A stretch of DNA of 57,196 nt, taken from positions 1 through 57,196 of the forward strand of contig JAJZRB010000006.1 of NCBI GenBank assembly GCA_021806615.1, in the 5' to 3' direction. Below the pieces are notes generated by a model that saw nothing but the letters and a program-made list of their open reading frames with translations, made no database searches and was not told the origin of the DNA. Positions within the stretch are counted from its first letter, which is position 1, and each line of letters begins with the position of its first letter. This DNA comes from a bacterium (lineage in GTDB: Bacteria > Patescibacteriota > Patescibacteriia > Patescibacteriales > UBA12465). Positions 30,543-39,784 of this stretch are shown here, piece by piece. A program made the translations under genes and the position numbers.

Positions 30543-31214
30543 ATGCGCTTACTTATCGTGGAAGATGACAATAGCATCAATGAGCTCTTAGCCGCCGCAC
30601 TACGAGCCGAGGGCTATGCCGTAGATGCGGCCCTAGACGGAGAACGAGGTTATTTCCTAGCAAGTACTAATAGTTATGACTTATTGATCCTGGACTATAA
30701 CCTGCCGGGCTTGAACGGCAGAGAAATAATCCAAAAGCTCCGGCAAGAAGGAAAAGAACTCCCTATACTGATGTTGACGGTCCAGAATGCATTGGACGAC
30801 AAGGTAGACATCCTGACCTTGGGCGCTGATGATTATCTGACTAAACCGTTCGCTCTGTCAGAATTACTGGCGCGCCTAAAGGCTTTACTCCGCCGGCCGG
30901 AGGCCTGGCGCGGCCATACTTTAAAGCTTAAGAATCTAGAGTTAGATCCGGACAGGTTCTTAGTCACTAAAAATGGCAAACGCATCGCCTTATCATCAAA
31001 AGAATTTTCTCTTTTAGAGTACCTAATGCAGCACCAGGGCCAGGTGATGTCGCGACAAGAAATCATGGAACACGTCTGGGATGAAAATGCCGATCCTTTT
31101 TCTAATACTATTGAAGCGCATATCAGCAATCTGCGGAAAAAATTGGAAACCAAGCAAGATAAATTCATCTATACTGTGCCGAACCGCGGTTATAAAGCCG
31201 AAACGGCTGGTTGA
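30543..31214 (+). CDS. OmpR/PhoB-family response regulator
   Basis: Receiver domain (MRLLIVEDD, LLILDYNLPG, DYLTKPF) plus a winged-helix output domain (LSSKEFSLLEYLM...YTVPNRGYK). Confidence 0.93.
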   Translation: MRLLIVEDDNSINELLAAALRAEGYAVDAALDGERGYFLASTNSYDLLILDYNLPGLNGREIIQKLRQEGKELPILMLTVQNALDDKVDILTLGADDYLTKPFALSELLARLKALLRRPEAWRGHTLKLKNLELDPDRFLVTKNGKRIALSSKEFSLLEYLMQHQGQVMSRQEIMEHVWDENADPFSNTIEAHISNLRKKLETKQDKFIYTVPNRGYKAETAG

Positions 31215-31387
31215 AAAAGCCAAAAAGATAAAAAAATTTTTTAGAAAAATTTTAGATTTTTTTAAGGTTCCGCTTGCTATATTAAGACCGGTAATAGTCG
31301 GCGGGGCGAAACTGCCAATGATTCGTCCGCCCTGGCGACAAAGGTCGATATCAACCATATCTGGTTTAATCTTAACCCATAAAAATT

Positions 31388-31498
31388 ATGTCTAAGAAAA
31401 TCAGCGGAACCGATCCGGCCAAAAATCCGGAATCTGATTTACTGTTAGCCACGATTCTAGCCGCCGCTCTCAATCCGGGTATCCCCTGGCGGGATTAA
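31388..31498 (+). CDS. Candidate 36-aa small ORF between the response regulator and kinase genes
   Basis: ATG to TAA, encoding MSKKISGTDPAKNPESDLLLATILAAALNPGIPWRD. It is below the track cutoff and has no homology evidence. Confidence 0.2.
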   Translation: MSKKISGTDPAKNPESDLLLATILAAALNPGIPWRD

Positions 31499-31507
31499 CT
31501 TCAGACG

Positions 31508-31533
31508 GCGCTTCCCTGAAAACGGGGGAGCGC
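31508..31533 (+). terminator. GC-rich hairpin between the small ORF and the kinase gene (possible attenuator)
   Basis: GCGCTTCCC-tgaaaacg-GGGGAGCGC forms a 9 bp stem with one G-U pair. It is followed only by TTT and ends 17 nt before the kinase ATG. Confidence 0.35.
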
Positions 31534-31549
31534 TTTAGCGTTAACTAAT

Positions 31550-32986
31550 ATGAATAGGATTCTTAAAAATCTGACAGGATGCTTGATCTCCCCGCGTCTC
31601 CATGACGAAGACGGCCGGCGGCGAGAATTGGCTTTGAATATCCTCCTGTTATTTTCCATCACCGGATTCATAGCCATAAATATCATCCGAATCGCGGATC
31701 GGGTCACCCACCCGCATGATCGCGGACTGCCTATCGCTTATACTTTGGCCATCCTATTATTCTTCGGGGTACTGCTCCTCCTGTCCCGACGGGGATGGGT
31801 AAAAACGGCTTCTTGGTTTCTGCTCGCGACCTATTCTCTCCCTATGTTCTATTCGTTCGTCGCCTGGGGGAGCGATCTGCCGGCCGCGTTGCTTCTCGCC
31901 GTTCTGATCATTACTTTGTCCGGGATTCTAATCGGCGCCAACCTGGTCCTAGCCAGCACAATAATAATCAATATTTTCCTGATCGTCTTGACGTATGCCC
32001 AGAGCCGCGGCTTAATAGCAGTCAATCGCTATTGGCTGGCGGAAAAATATGAATTAAGCGACGCCGTCGCTCACGCCGTCCTATTCTTGATAATCGCGAG
32101 CATCGCCTGGCTGTTTGCGCTAGAAATCAATCGGGCGTTAAAACGAGCCCGCGAGAGCGAGGCGGCTTTACGCCAAGAAAGGGACTCTTTAGAAATTAAA
32201 GTCGCGGAAAGGACTGAACAGCTGCGCCAAGCGGAAGCAGAAAAAATCGGCCAGCTCTATCGTCTAGCTGAATTCGGGCGCCTATCTTCCGGGATCTTCC
32301 ATGATTTAATCAGTCCTTTAACGGCTGTCTCTTTGAATCTAGGGCAGATTAGGGACGGAACTAGCGGCGCTGGCGTCCTTGATGTAAGGTCTTATCTCCA
32401 TCACGCCTTATTAGCGACCCACAAAATGGAAGGCTTGATCGCAGGGATAAAGAAGCAAATTCAGCAAGAAAGCGACGCTAGGATTTTTACGGCCAATGAA
32501 GAGATCAAACAGATCATTCAAATTCTCGCCTATAAGGCTAGGCAGGCCAAAACGCCGGTAGAGTTTACGGCGGCTGAAGAAGTCCGTCTTTACGGGGACC
32601 CAGTCAAATTCGGGCAGATTATCACCAACTTATTAGCTAATGCCATCGAGGCCACGGAGGAAGCTTTGGAAAATAATCGGAACCGCGGAGTACCGTCAAA
32701 AATTAAAAAGATCAGGATAGATTTGAGCTTATCCGGACAAAAAGCGCGAATTGACGTTAGTGACGAAGGGGCGGGAATCGCACCGGAAAATATTAATAAG
32801 ATCTTTGAAGCTTTTTTCAGCACTAAGAAAGAAAGCGGGCGAGGCTTAGGCTTAGGCCTGTCATCAACTAAGAATATAATCGAAAAAAATTTTCAAGGCC
32901 AGATAGAAGTCACGAGCGGATTAAAGAGGGGCAGCCGATTCATGGTTACCATCCCTCTACCCTCGCAAGCCAATGAAAAAAATTGA
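31550..32986 (+). CDS. Membrane sensor histidine kinase
   Basis: About 5 N-terminal TM helices with no large periplasmic loop, then a coiled coil. H-box FHDLISPL, N-box NLLANAIEA, G1 DEGAGI, G2 GRGLGLGLS. Confidence 0.93.
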   Translation: MNRILKNLTGCLISPRLHDEDGRRRELALNILLLFSITGFIAINIIRIADRVTHPHDRGLPIAYTLAILLFFGVLLLLSRRGWVKTASWFLLATYSLPMFYSFVAWGSDLPAALLLAVLIITLSGILIGANLVLASTIIINIFLIVLTYAQSRGLIAVNRYWLAEKYELSDAVAHAVLFLIIASIAWLFALEINRALKRARESEAALRQERDSLEIKVAERTEQLRQAEAEKIGQLYRLAEFGRLSSGIFHDLISPLTAVSLNLGQIRDGTSGAGVLDVRSYLHHALLATHKMEGLIAGIKKQIQQESDARIFTANEEIKQIIQILAYKARQAKTPVEFTAAEEVRLYGDPVKFGQIITNLLANAIEATEEALENNRNRGVPSKIKKIRIDLSLSGQKARIDVSDEGAGIAPENINKIFEAFFSTKKESGRGLGLGLSSTKNIIEKNFQGQIEVTSGLKRGSRFMVTIPLPSQANEKN

Positions 32987-33815
32987 AAAAATTTACTTCT
33001 GGCCGCTCTGGTTCGCCGATGCCTTATCAAATGCTAAGCGCCCAAAAATCGCGCCGCGACTGATTAAAAATCTGCAAAAAGCTAATTTATTCCTATGGCG
33101 AGCTCTTAATATCTATGACGATTTTTTAGATCGGTCGGGAATAAACAGCAAGCTGCCGGTGGCCAATGGTTATTATAGGCGCTATTTAGAAATATATTAT
33201 CGCCTCAATCTGCCCGAAGATTTTTACCGGCTCTTCAATCGGACGATGGCGCATCTTGATAAGACCAACGAACGGGAAACCAAAGAAAATCATTTCTCAA
33301 TAAGCAAGGGGCGAGTCCCTTCAGCCATAGTCTGTCCGACGTTCGATAATCTGACCGTTTTAGCCGATAAATCTCTAGCTTTAGGGTTGGGGCCGATTGC
33401 CATCCTCTATCATCTGGATCCCGAAAAGGCTAAAACGGCCGTCCCGGCCATACTTTCCTTTTTCCGCTATGCCCTAGCGGCGAAGCAATTAGCCGATGAT
33501 GCGCGGGATTGGTTCAGCGATCTTAAAAATGGAATAATAACGCCGGCTAATCTGACAGTACTCCAAGCGGCTCAAGAAAAAAAATTGCCTCTCGACTTGA
33601 ATAAGGAACCAATAACAGCTTATTTGCTATTCAGCCAAAAAGCAGCCGAAAAAATAGTAGCCAGCCTATCGCGGCTTTGCCAACAGACAAGAAATGCGGC
33701 TAGGAAGGCCAAACTGAGGCCTGGTTGCCAATTGATAGAAGAAATAATCAGTCCCATAGAAAAAGGCGTGGCCGAAGTCACCCAATTCCGAACCTACTGG
33801 CTGAAAAAAGCTTAA
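32973..33815 (+). CDS. Isoprenoid (trans-polyprenyl) synthase-like protein, N-terminally short
   Basis: Two Asp-rich motifs lie 126 aa apart: NIYDDFLDR (DDxxD, aa 49-53) and QLADDARDWFSDLKNGIITP (DDxxD followed by DLxxGxxT, aa 175-190). This resembles the FARM/SARM pair of polyprenyl synthases. It overlaps the kinase stop by 14 nt. Confidence 0.45.
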   Translation: MKKIEKIYFWPLWFADALSNAKRPKIAPRLIKNLQKANLFLWRALNIYDDFLDRSGINSKLPVANGYYRRYLEIYYRLNLPEDFYRLFNRTMAHLDKTNERETKENHFSISKGRVPSAIVCPTFDNLTVLADKSLALGLGPIAILYHLDPEKAKTAVPAILSFFRYALAAKQLADDARDWFSDLKNGIITPANLTVLQAAQEKKLPLDLNKEPITAYLLFSQKAAEKIVASLSRLCQQTRNAARKAKLRPGCQLIEEIISPIEKGVAEVTQFRTYWLKKA

Positions 33816-33826
33816 ATAATGCTATA

Positions 33827-36376
33827 ATGGAAGCAAGCAAGCTAGGACTTATCTTTATGGCTTACAAACTATTAACGACCACGGAACTAAAGGCAAAAAA
33901 TCTGGAAGAACTATATTCCCTGACCGGTTCCGGCGCCGGAGGCCTGACGACTGAGGAGGCTATCAAGCGATCCCAGAATTTAGGATACAATCAAATATCC
34001 GCCTCTAAAAGAGAGCACCCGCTCATCCAATTTTTAGGATATTTCCGGAATCCTCTGATTATTATCTTGATTGTCGCCGCGCTCATCTCCGGCCTGACCG
34101 GAGAATTAAGGAGCATGGCTATAATCCTGTCTATGATCTTCTTGAGCGTTATCCTGAATTTTTACCAGGAGCATAAATCCAGCCAAGCAGCGGAAAAAAT
34201 AGCCCGGCGGCTAGCCATACGCACTCAAGTCCTGCGCGACGGGAAAAAACAGGAATTAGAAACCAAATATCTCGTACCAGGAGATATCGTCTTCCTCTCC
34301 GCCGGCGACATCGTGCCGGCTGACGGCCGGATAAGAGGCGCCAATGATTTCTTCCTGAACGAAGCCAGCCTGACCGGCGAAAGCCTGCCGGTAGAAAAAT
34401 ACGCCGATAGCGATAATAATATCTTTTCCGGGACGAACGTCGTTTCCGGTTTCGGCGAATTCCTGGTGACTAATATCGGCCTGAACACTGAATTCGGACA
34501 GATTGCCAAAAGAATAGCTAAGCCAGAAACGGAAAATGCTTTTGAAAAAGGCATCAAGGATTTCGGATTCTTGATCATCCGGGTCATAATTATTATCGTT
34601 TCTGTCATATTCTTGATAAACGCCGTGATGCATAAAGGCCTGCTAGATTCCTTCCTTTTCGCTCTAGCGGTCGCTGTCGGTGTTACGCCGGAACTGCTGC
34701 CGATGATCATGAGTATCAATATGGCTAAGGGCGCGACTAAAATGGCTAAAGGAGGAGTCTTGGTAAAGCGGCTCAACTCTATTCCGACATTCGGCTCCAT
34801 GGATATCCTCTGCACCGATAAGACGGGCACGCTGACCGAGGATAGGATTACGGTCATCAAACATATCGATATTTTCGGCCAAGACTCGGAAAGCGTCTTC
34901 CGCGATGCTTATATCAACGGCTATTTTGAAACCGGCATCAAGAGCATCTTGGATCAAGCGATCTTAGGACATAAGAAGCTGGACCTAGAAGGCTGCCTGA
35001 AAATAGAGGAACTGCCCTATGATTTCAACCGCAAACGCTCTTCAATAATCTATGAGCTGAATGGCCGGCTGACGATGATCACTAAAGGCGCGCCCGAAGA
35101 AATCTTCAAGATCAGCACACATTATGCCTTAGGAGATGAGATAAAGATCTTGGATCCTGAAACCTTACGCCGAGCCAAAGCGGTCTACGATGACTTAAGC
35201 GGCCAAGGGCTGAGAATACTGGCAATAACCGAAAAAAAAATCGACGCCAAAAAGGACAAATACGACAGGACGGAAGAAAACGGCCTGACTCTCAAAGGAT
35301 TTATGGCCTTCTACGATCCGCCAAAAGCCGATGTCAAAAAAACCCTCATCTTCATGAAGGCGCATGGCGTAGATATAAAAATCTTGACCGGTGACAGCCC
35401 GCTCGTCACCAAGAAGATCTGTTCGGATCTGGGCCTATCAATCAAGAATATCGTCAGCGGCGAAAATTTGGACTTAAACCGCTTAAGCGACGAGGAGATC
35501 TACAAAAAGACTAAAGACGCCACTATCTGCGCCCGCCTCTCGCCCGGACAGAAGGAAAAGATAATCATGGAGCTTAAAAGAAACGGCGCCATAGTCGGCT
35601 ACTTGGGCGACGGCATAAATGACGCCCCCTCCCTCAAGACCGCCGATGTCGGGATTTCCGTCAATAACGCTGTCGATGTAGCCAAAGAGACGGCGGACAT
35701 TATCTTGCTGAAAAAGGGCCTCAAGGAATTGATGGAGGGGGTGATCGAGGGACGGAAGACTTTCGGCAATACCATGAAATATCTCCTGATGGGCTTGAGT
35801 TCTAACTTCGGCAACATGTTTTCCATGATCGGGGCGAGCCTCTTTTTACCTTTCTTCCCAATGACGGCCGGACAGATCCTCTTAAATAATTTCATTTACG
35901 ACAGCTCGCAATTATCAATTCCGTCCGATAACGTTGATATAGAATATCTGAAGAAACCGAAGCATTGGGATATCAGATTCATTAAAAAATTCATGCTGGT
36001 TTTCGGACCGATAAGTTCCCTCTTTGATTTTTTGACGTTTTACGCCCTATACGGCCTGCTGCATCTTCCGGCCCATAGCTTCCAGGCGGGCTGGTTCGTC
36101 GAATCGTTGGCCACGCAGATCTTAGTCATCTATATCATCCGCACTCAGAAAATCCCTTTCTTAGAATCGCGCCCCAGCAAATACTTATTAGCGACGACTC
36201 TCGGCGCTGTCATCCTGGGGATAGCCATAGCCGGACCGGGCTTAGGAAAATTCTTCGGTTTCGACCCTCTTCCTCTTCTCGCCTTCGTGGCTATTTTCAT
36301 AATAGTCCTAGCCTACCTGGCCTGCGTGGAAATAGCCAAACAGGTCTTTTACCGCCGATTAGCCGCCCGGGGCTAA
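33827..36376 (+). CDS. mgtA: Mg2+-importing P-type ATPase (MgtA/MgtB type)
   Basis: I prefer the ATG at 33827 (MEASKLG...). Motifs are TGES, CTDKTGTLT, TGDS and GDGINDAPSLK, and the C-terminal TM bundle is typical of the P3B subfamily. Confidence 0.85.
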   Translation: MEASKLGLIFMAYKLLTTTELKAKNLEELYSLTGSGAGGLTTEEAIKRSQNLGYNQISASKREHPLIQFLGYFRNPLIIILIVAALISGLTGELRSMAIILSMIFLSVILNFYQEHKSSQAAEKIARRLAIRTQVLRDGKKQELETKYLVPGDIVFLSAGDIVPADGRIRGANDFFLNEASLTGESLPVEKYADSDNNIFSGTNVVSGFGEFLVTNIGLNTEFGQIAKRIAKPETENAFEKGIKDFGFLIIRVIIIIVSVIFLINAVMHKGLLDSFLFALAVAVGVTPELLPMIMSINMAKGATKMAKGGVLVKRLNSIPTFGSMDILCTDKTGTLTEDRITVIKHIDIFGQDSESVFRDAYINGYFETGIKSILDQAILGHKKLDLEGCLKIEELPYDFNRKRSSIIYELNGRLTMITKGAPEEIFKISTHYALGDEIKILDPETLRRAKAVYDDLSGQGLRILAITEKKIDAKKDKYDRTEENGLTLKGFMAFYDPPKADVKKTLIFMKAHGVDIKILTGDSPLVTKKICSDLGLSIKNIVSGENLDLNRLSDEEIYKKTKDATICARLSPGQKEKIIMELKRNGAIVGYLGDGINDAPSLKTADVGISVNNAVDVAKETADIILLKKGLKELMEGVIEGRKTFGNTMKYLLMGLSSNFGNMFSMIGASLFLPFFPMTAGQILLNNFIYDSSQLSIPSDNVDIEYLKKPKHWDIRFIKKFMLVFGPISSLFDFLTFYALYGLLHLPAHSFQAGWFVESLATQILVIYIIRTQKIPFLESRPSKYLLATTLGAVILGIAIAGPGLGKFFGFDPLPLLAFVAIFIIVLAYLACVEIAKQVFYRRLAARG

Positions 36377-36398
36377 GATATGGCCGAAATAATCTTTT

Positions 36399-37088
36399 AT
36401 GCCTGAAAAATTACTGTCCATAATAATTCCGATATATAACGAAGATAAGGTCGCGGCGGACTCGCTGCCCGCTATTTTCAGTCTGAAAATCAATAAAGAG
36501 GTCATCGTCGTCAATGACGGCTCTACTGACGAAACCGGACCGATACTTAACAAATTAGCGGCCACATACGATTTCCGGCTGATCGATCAGGAGACCAACC
36601 AGGGGAAAGGCGCCGCGGTCAAGCGCGGGCTGGAAGAAATAAGCGGCGATTATTTTATTATCTGCGATGCCGACCAGGAATATGACGCGCGGGATATCGT
36701 CCGTTTATTTACGGAGATGCTGGAGCAGAATAATGATCAAACGGTAATTTACGGATCTCGTTTTCTGTCTACCAGAAATCACGGCTTCCACTACTTAGTC
36801 AATAAATTCCTGACCTCCATGACTAATGCTCTCTTCCATAGCCGATTAAGCGATATGGAAACCTGCTTCAAGCTGATTCCCCGCTCGGCTCTGGCCAAGA
36901 TCAGGCTGAGCGGACGGCGATTTGAAATAGAACCGGAAATCACCGCCCAACTTTTAAAAGCCGGCTATAAAATCATGGAATTGCCGATAAGTTACACTCG
37001 GCGCGGTTATAGAGAAGGAAAAAAAATAAAAGCCCGTGACGGGCTATTAGCAATCAAGACTTTAATAGCGGAAAAACTATTTAGGTAG
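36399..37088 (+). CDS. GT2 family glycosyltransferase (polyprenol-phosphate sugar synthase-like)
   Basis: LSIIIPIYNE, VVNDGSTDET and ICDADQEY (DxD). 229 aa, soluble. Confidence 0.85.
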   Translation: MPEKLLSIIIPIYNEDKVAADSLPAIFSLKINKEVIVVNDGSTDETGPILNKLAATYDFRLIDQETNQGKGAAVKRGLEEISGDYFIICDADQEYDARDIVRLFTEMLEQNNDQTVIYGSRFLSTRNHGFHYLVNKFLTSMTNALFHSRLSDMETCFKLIPRSALAKIRLSGRRFEIEPEITAQLLKAGYKIMELPISYTRRGYREGKKIKARDGLLAIKTLIAEKLFR

Positions 37089-39098
37089 AGGCAGCTTCCC
37101 CTGCTTCTCCAAGCCTTTGATCTGATCTAAGTAAGATAAGGCCGAAGCATCGTGACGATCCAAGCTTAAAGCCGAGCGCCAATAAGCCTCGGCTTTTTGA
37201 TATTCGCCTAGCCGCCACTCTACTAAGCCCATCTGATCGTAGGCTCCGGGCAACTCATACCCAACCTGTAGGGCGCGGCGGAAATAAACCAGGGATTGCC
37301 GCAAGCTATAGGCATCCTGGCTATCCGCATATAAATAAGCGAAAGCAGCCAGGGCCTGGCGATTATCCGGAACATTGAAGATAACTTCTTTATACAACTC
37401 CGCCGCCAAATCAGGCTGGTCAACCAGCTGGGCAAAAGAGGCTAACTGCAGTTTGCCTCTATTATCAGACTGAGCGGCTAAAAGGCGCAGGCGGGAGCGT
37501 AAAGACCAGAGATCCAAGCTTAATTTCCGCACCGTTTCGGGGTCGGTTAACTTCTTATTGAGAAGAATGACCGTATAGCGGTCAAAATAAACCAATGCCC
37601 AATCATTATCAGACAGGATAGAATGCAAGAATTCTTGGGCCCAAGGCGTGGAGTCAGTATAAGCGAAATAGACGGCCTTGAATTTATATTTGGCATCCGC
37701 TTTCTGCCACTCAGCCGGATCGGACTGGAGGGGCTTATAAATTTCCTTGAAGAAGCGATCGCCATAAGCTTCCGGCCGATTATCGACAAATACTTTCTCG
37801 CGCGGATATAGCCAGAAAATAAGAGCGCTCCCTAAATCATAATTATTAAAGATCGGACCGGATAATCCATTATTCTGGAAAAAAGACGCGGAATCATCGC
37901 TGCCGGCGCTCAGACCCCAACCAGGAGCTGTGCGGATAAAATTGCCCTGCTGGCTATAATCCCTTAATAGATAAAAAGAGCTGCAAATGATAAGAAGCAG
38001 TAAACTGGAGGCGAGATAAGCGTTAATCCTTGGCCATAATCGCGCGACTAATGGGCGACGAATCTCTAAGAAGCTCAAAACCCGGCCTAAATTCTGGCTA
38101 ATAAGCCAAAAGGCGACTAATCCGAATAACGCTAGATTACGGGAAGCGAATAAAGCTAGGCCGGAAAAGAAAAATCCGAGAAAAAGATGGAATAGATCTA
38201 TTTTTTTGGCCGCCAAATATAACAACAGGAAGCTCAGGGCTAAAAGCGCCAGCAAAGATTTAAAAATCAAGAAATTATAATTTATCATCAGGCTGCTTAG
38301 ATAAAAAATAGATTTATTTTCAGCTATATCATAGCCGTAGCCCTGTAAAATGCTAAAGGGGTAGGATAAGCCGCGCCAGGTATTAGGATTTATAAGACAA
38401 GCTAAGGAAAGATAGAAAAGATTTCTTAACCAAGGCTTAGCCGCCGCCCAGGCGCCGCTAAGGCGGCGCGGCTCGCCTGCGGCCTTCCTGAAAAGAGGCG
38501 GCAAAAATTCGGCGGCGGCTTTAAAGCCGATGAGCGCCAAGCCGATAAAAAAATAGATATGGATATTAACCCAAAAGACAAAAAGCGGCAGAAGCCACAA
38601 TAGGCGGCGATAACGCCGATCAGCCGCCGTGCGCTCAATAAGCATCCAGGTCAAGATTATAAATAGATAGCTGAAAATTTCCGGACGGATCTCAACGCGC
38701 TCGCTTAAGAGAAGGATGGGCGGCAAGGCCAAAAAACCGGCGCCATAGAAACCGATAGCTCGCTGCACCATGGTAAAAACCAACCCGAAAATAAAGAGAG
38801 CTAAAATAATATTGAAAATCGATAACAGATTAAAGCCGCCTAATAAATAAATCCCGTAAAAAATGAGGCCGGACAGCCAATGATGGTTGATAAAAGGACG
38901 GCCAGTTTCAGTATAAGAATAAAAATTACTGAATAAGACCTGGCGATCCTGCCAGACGACCTTGCCGTTTTCTAAATGCCGCCCTAAATCGCTGGAAGTA
39001 AATTGGACTTTCTGCGAAAAGATAATAATCAGCAAGGAGGCCAAGCCTAAAAAAATAAGAACCTTTAAAAATATTTCTATTCTTTTCCCGGTAAACAT
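37077..39098 (-). CDS. Polytopic membrane protein (GT-C-like) with C-terminal TPR repeats
   Basis: 673 aa. About 11 TM helices are followed by a periplasmic region and TPR-like helices (ALAAFAYLYADSQD..., YQKAEAYWRSALSLD). Confidence 0.6.
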   Translation of the reverse strand: MFTGKRIEIFLKVLIFLGLASLLIIIFSQKVQFTSSDLGRHLENGKVVWQDRQVLFSNFYSYTETGRPFINHHWLSGLIFYGIYLLGGFNLLSIFNIILALFIFGLVFTMVQRAIGFYGAGFLALPPILLLSERVEIRPEIFSYLFIILTWMLIERTAADRRYRRLLWLLPLFVFWVNIHIYFFIGLALIGFKAAAEFLPPLFRKAAGEPRRLSGAWAAAKPWLRNLFYLSLACLINPNTWRGLSYPFSILQGYGYDIAENKSIFYLSSLMINYNFLIFKSLLALLALSFLLLYLAAKKIDLFHLFLGFFFSGLALFASRNLALFGLVAFWLISQNLGRVLSFLEIRRPLVARLWPRINAYLASSLLLLIICSSFYLLRDYSQQGNFIRTAPGWGLSAGSDDSASFFQNNGLSGPIFNNYDLGSALIFWLYPREKVFVDNRPEAYGDRFFKEIYKPLQSDPAEWQKADAKYKFKAVYFAYTDSTPWAQEFLHSILSDNDWALVYFDRYTVILLNKKLTDPETVRKLSLDLWSLRSRLRLLAAQSDNRGKLQLASFAQLVDQPDLAAELYKEVIFNVPDNRQALAAFAYLYADSQDAYSLRQSLVYFRRALQVGYELPGAYDQMGLVEWRLGEYQKAEAYWRSALSLDRHDASALSYLDQIKGLEKQGKLPLPK

Positions 39099-39784
39099 AT
39101 ATAAGAGATCATGGTTTTAAGTTCGCCCTTATCGCGGCGATAGGAAAAATATTTATCCGTCAAGCAATATGTACATTCTCCGCTGACACGGATATTATTG
39201 TCAGCCAATCCGGCGCTAACCAGCTGCCGACGGACAAGTCCGGATAAATCAATGAATGTTCTATCGGTCTTAATGATGAATTCCGGGTTGGCGGCGAAAC
39301 GGCTAGCTACGTCGTCTTGCACTTCAAAATGGCATTTTTGCAGATGCGGCCCGATGACGACCTGGATGTTCGACAGCTGGGATCCGTAATTCTTCTTGAA
39401 AGACGCCGCCACTTCACCGCCGATATTATCCAATATCCCTCGCCAACCGGCGTGAGCGATGGCAATGACGCTTTTCACTGGGTCATAAAAATAAAGCGGT
39501 AAGCAATCGGCCACCGTAATCGTCAGCATCATCCCTTTTCCATCGGTAATTAAAGCGTCATAGCCAGGCACCGTGCCACCAGGGTCTGTGGCTTGGATAA
39601 CGGCAACCCGGCGCCCGTGGACCAATCCGGCGGAGATGATCGGCCGATCGCTAAAACCGCGGCGATTGAAGAAAAGCTGGCGGTTATAAGCTGCGGGATC
39701 CGATACCGAGGAAGAATCAAGTTTCATGTTGCCATCTACCTTGGTAGAAATACCGGCGATAATGTGCGACGATTCTTTAAACAT
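39077..39784 (-). CDS. pgeF: Peptidoglycan editing factor PgeF / YfiH (DUF152, laccase-domain protein)
   Basis: TADCLPLYFYD, IAHAGWRG, and the overall length of 235 aa. Confidence 0.85.
   Translation of the reverse strand: MFKESSHIIAGISTKVDGNMKLDSSSVSDPAAYNRQLFFNRRGFSDRPIISAGLVHGRRVAVIQATDPGGTVPGYDALITDGKGMMLTITVADCLPLYFYDPVKSVIAIAHAGWRGILDNIGGEVAASFKKNYGSQLSNIQVVIGPHLQKCHFEVQDDVASRFAANPEFIIKTDRTFIDLSGLVRRQLVSAGLADNNIRVSGECTYCLTDKYFSYRRDKGELKTMISYICLPGKE

Noticed and set aside
33816-33826. Mg2+ (M-box) riboswitch expected upstream of mgtA
   Set aside because: Only 11 nt separate the preceding ORF from the mgtA ATG, leaving no room for a ~160-nt aptamer. Regulation is more likely through the upstream two-component system.
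34225-34957. Minus-strand ORFs (211, 125 and 97 aa) inside mgtA
   Set aside because: They are antisense to a P-type ATPase whose catalytic motifs are all in frame on the plus strand.
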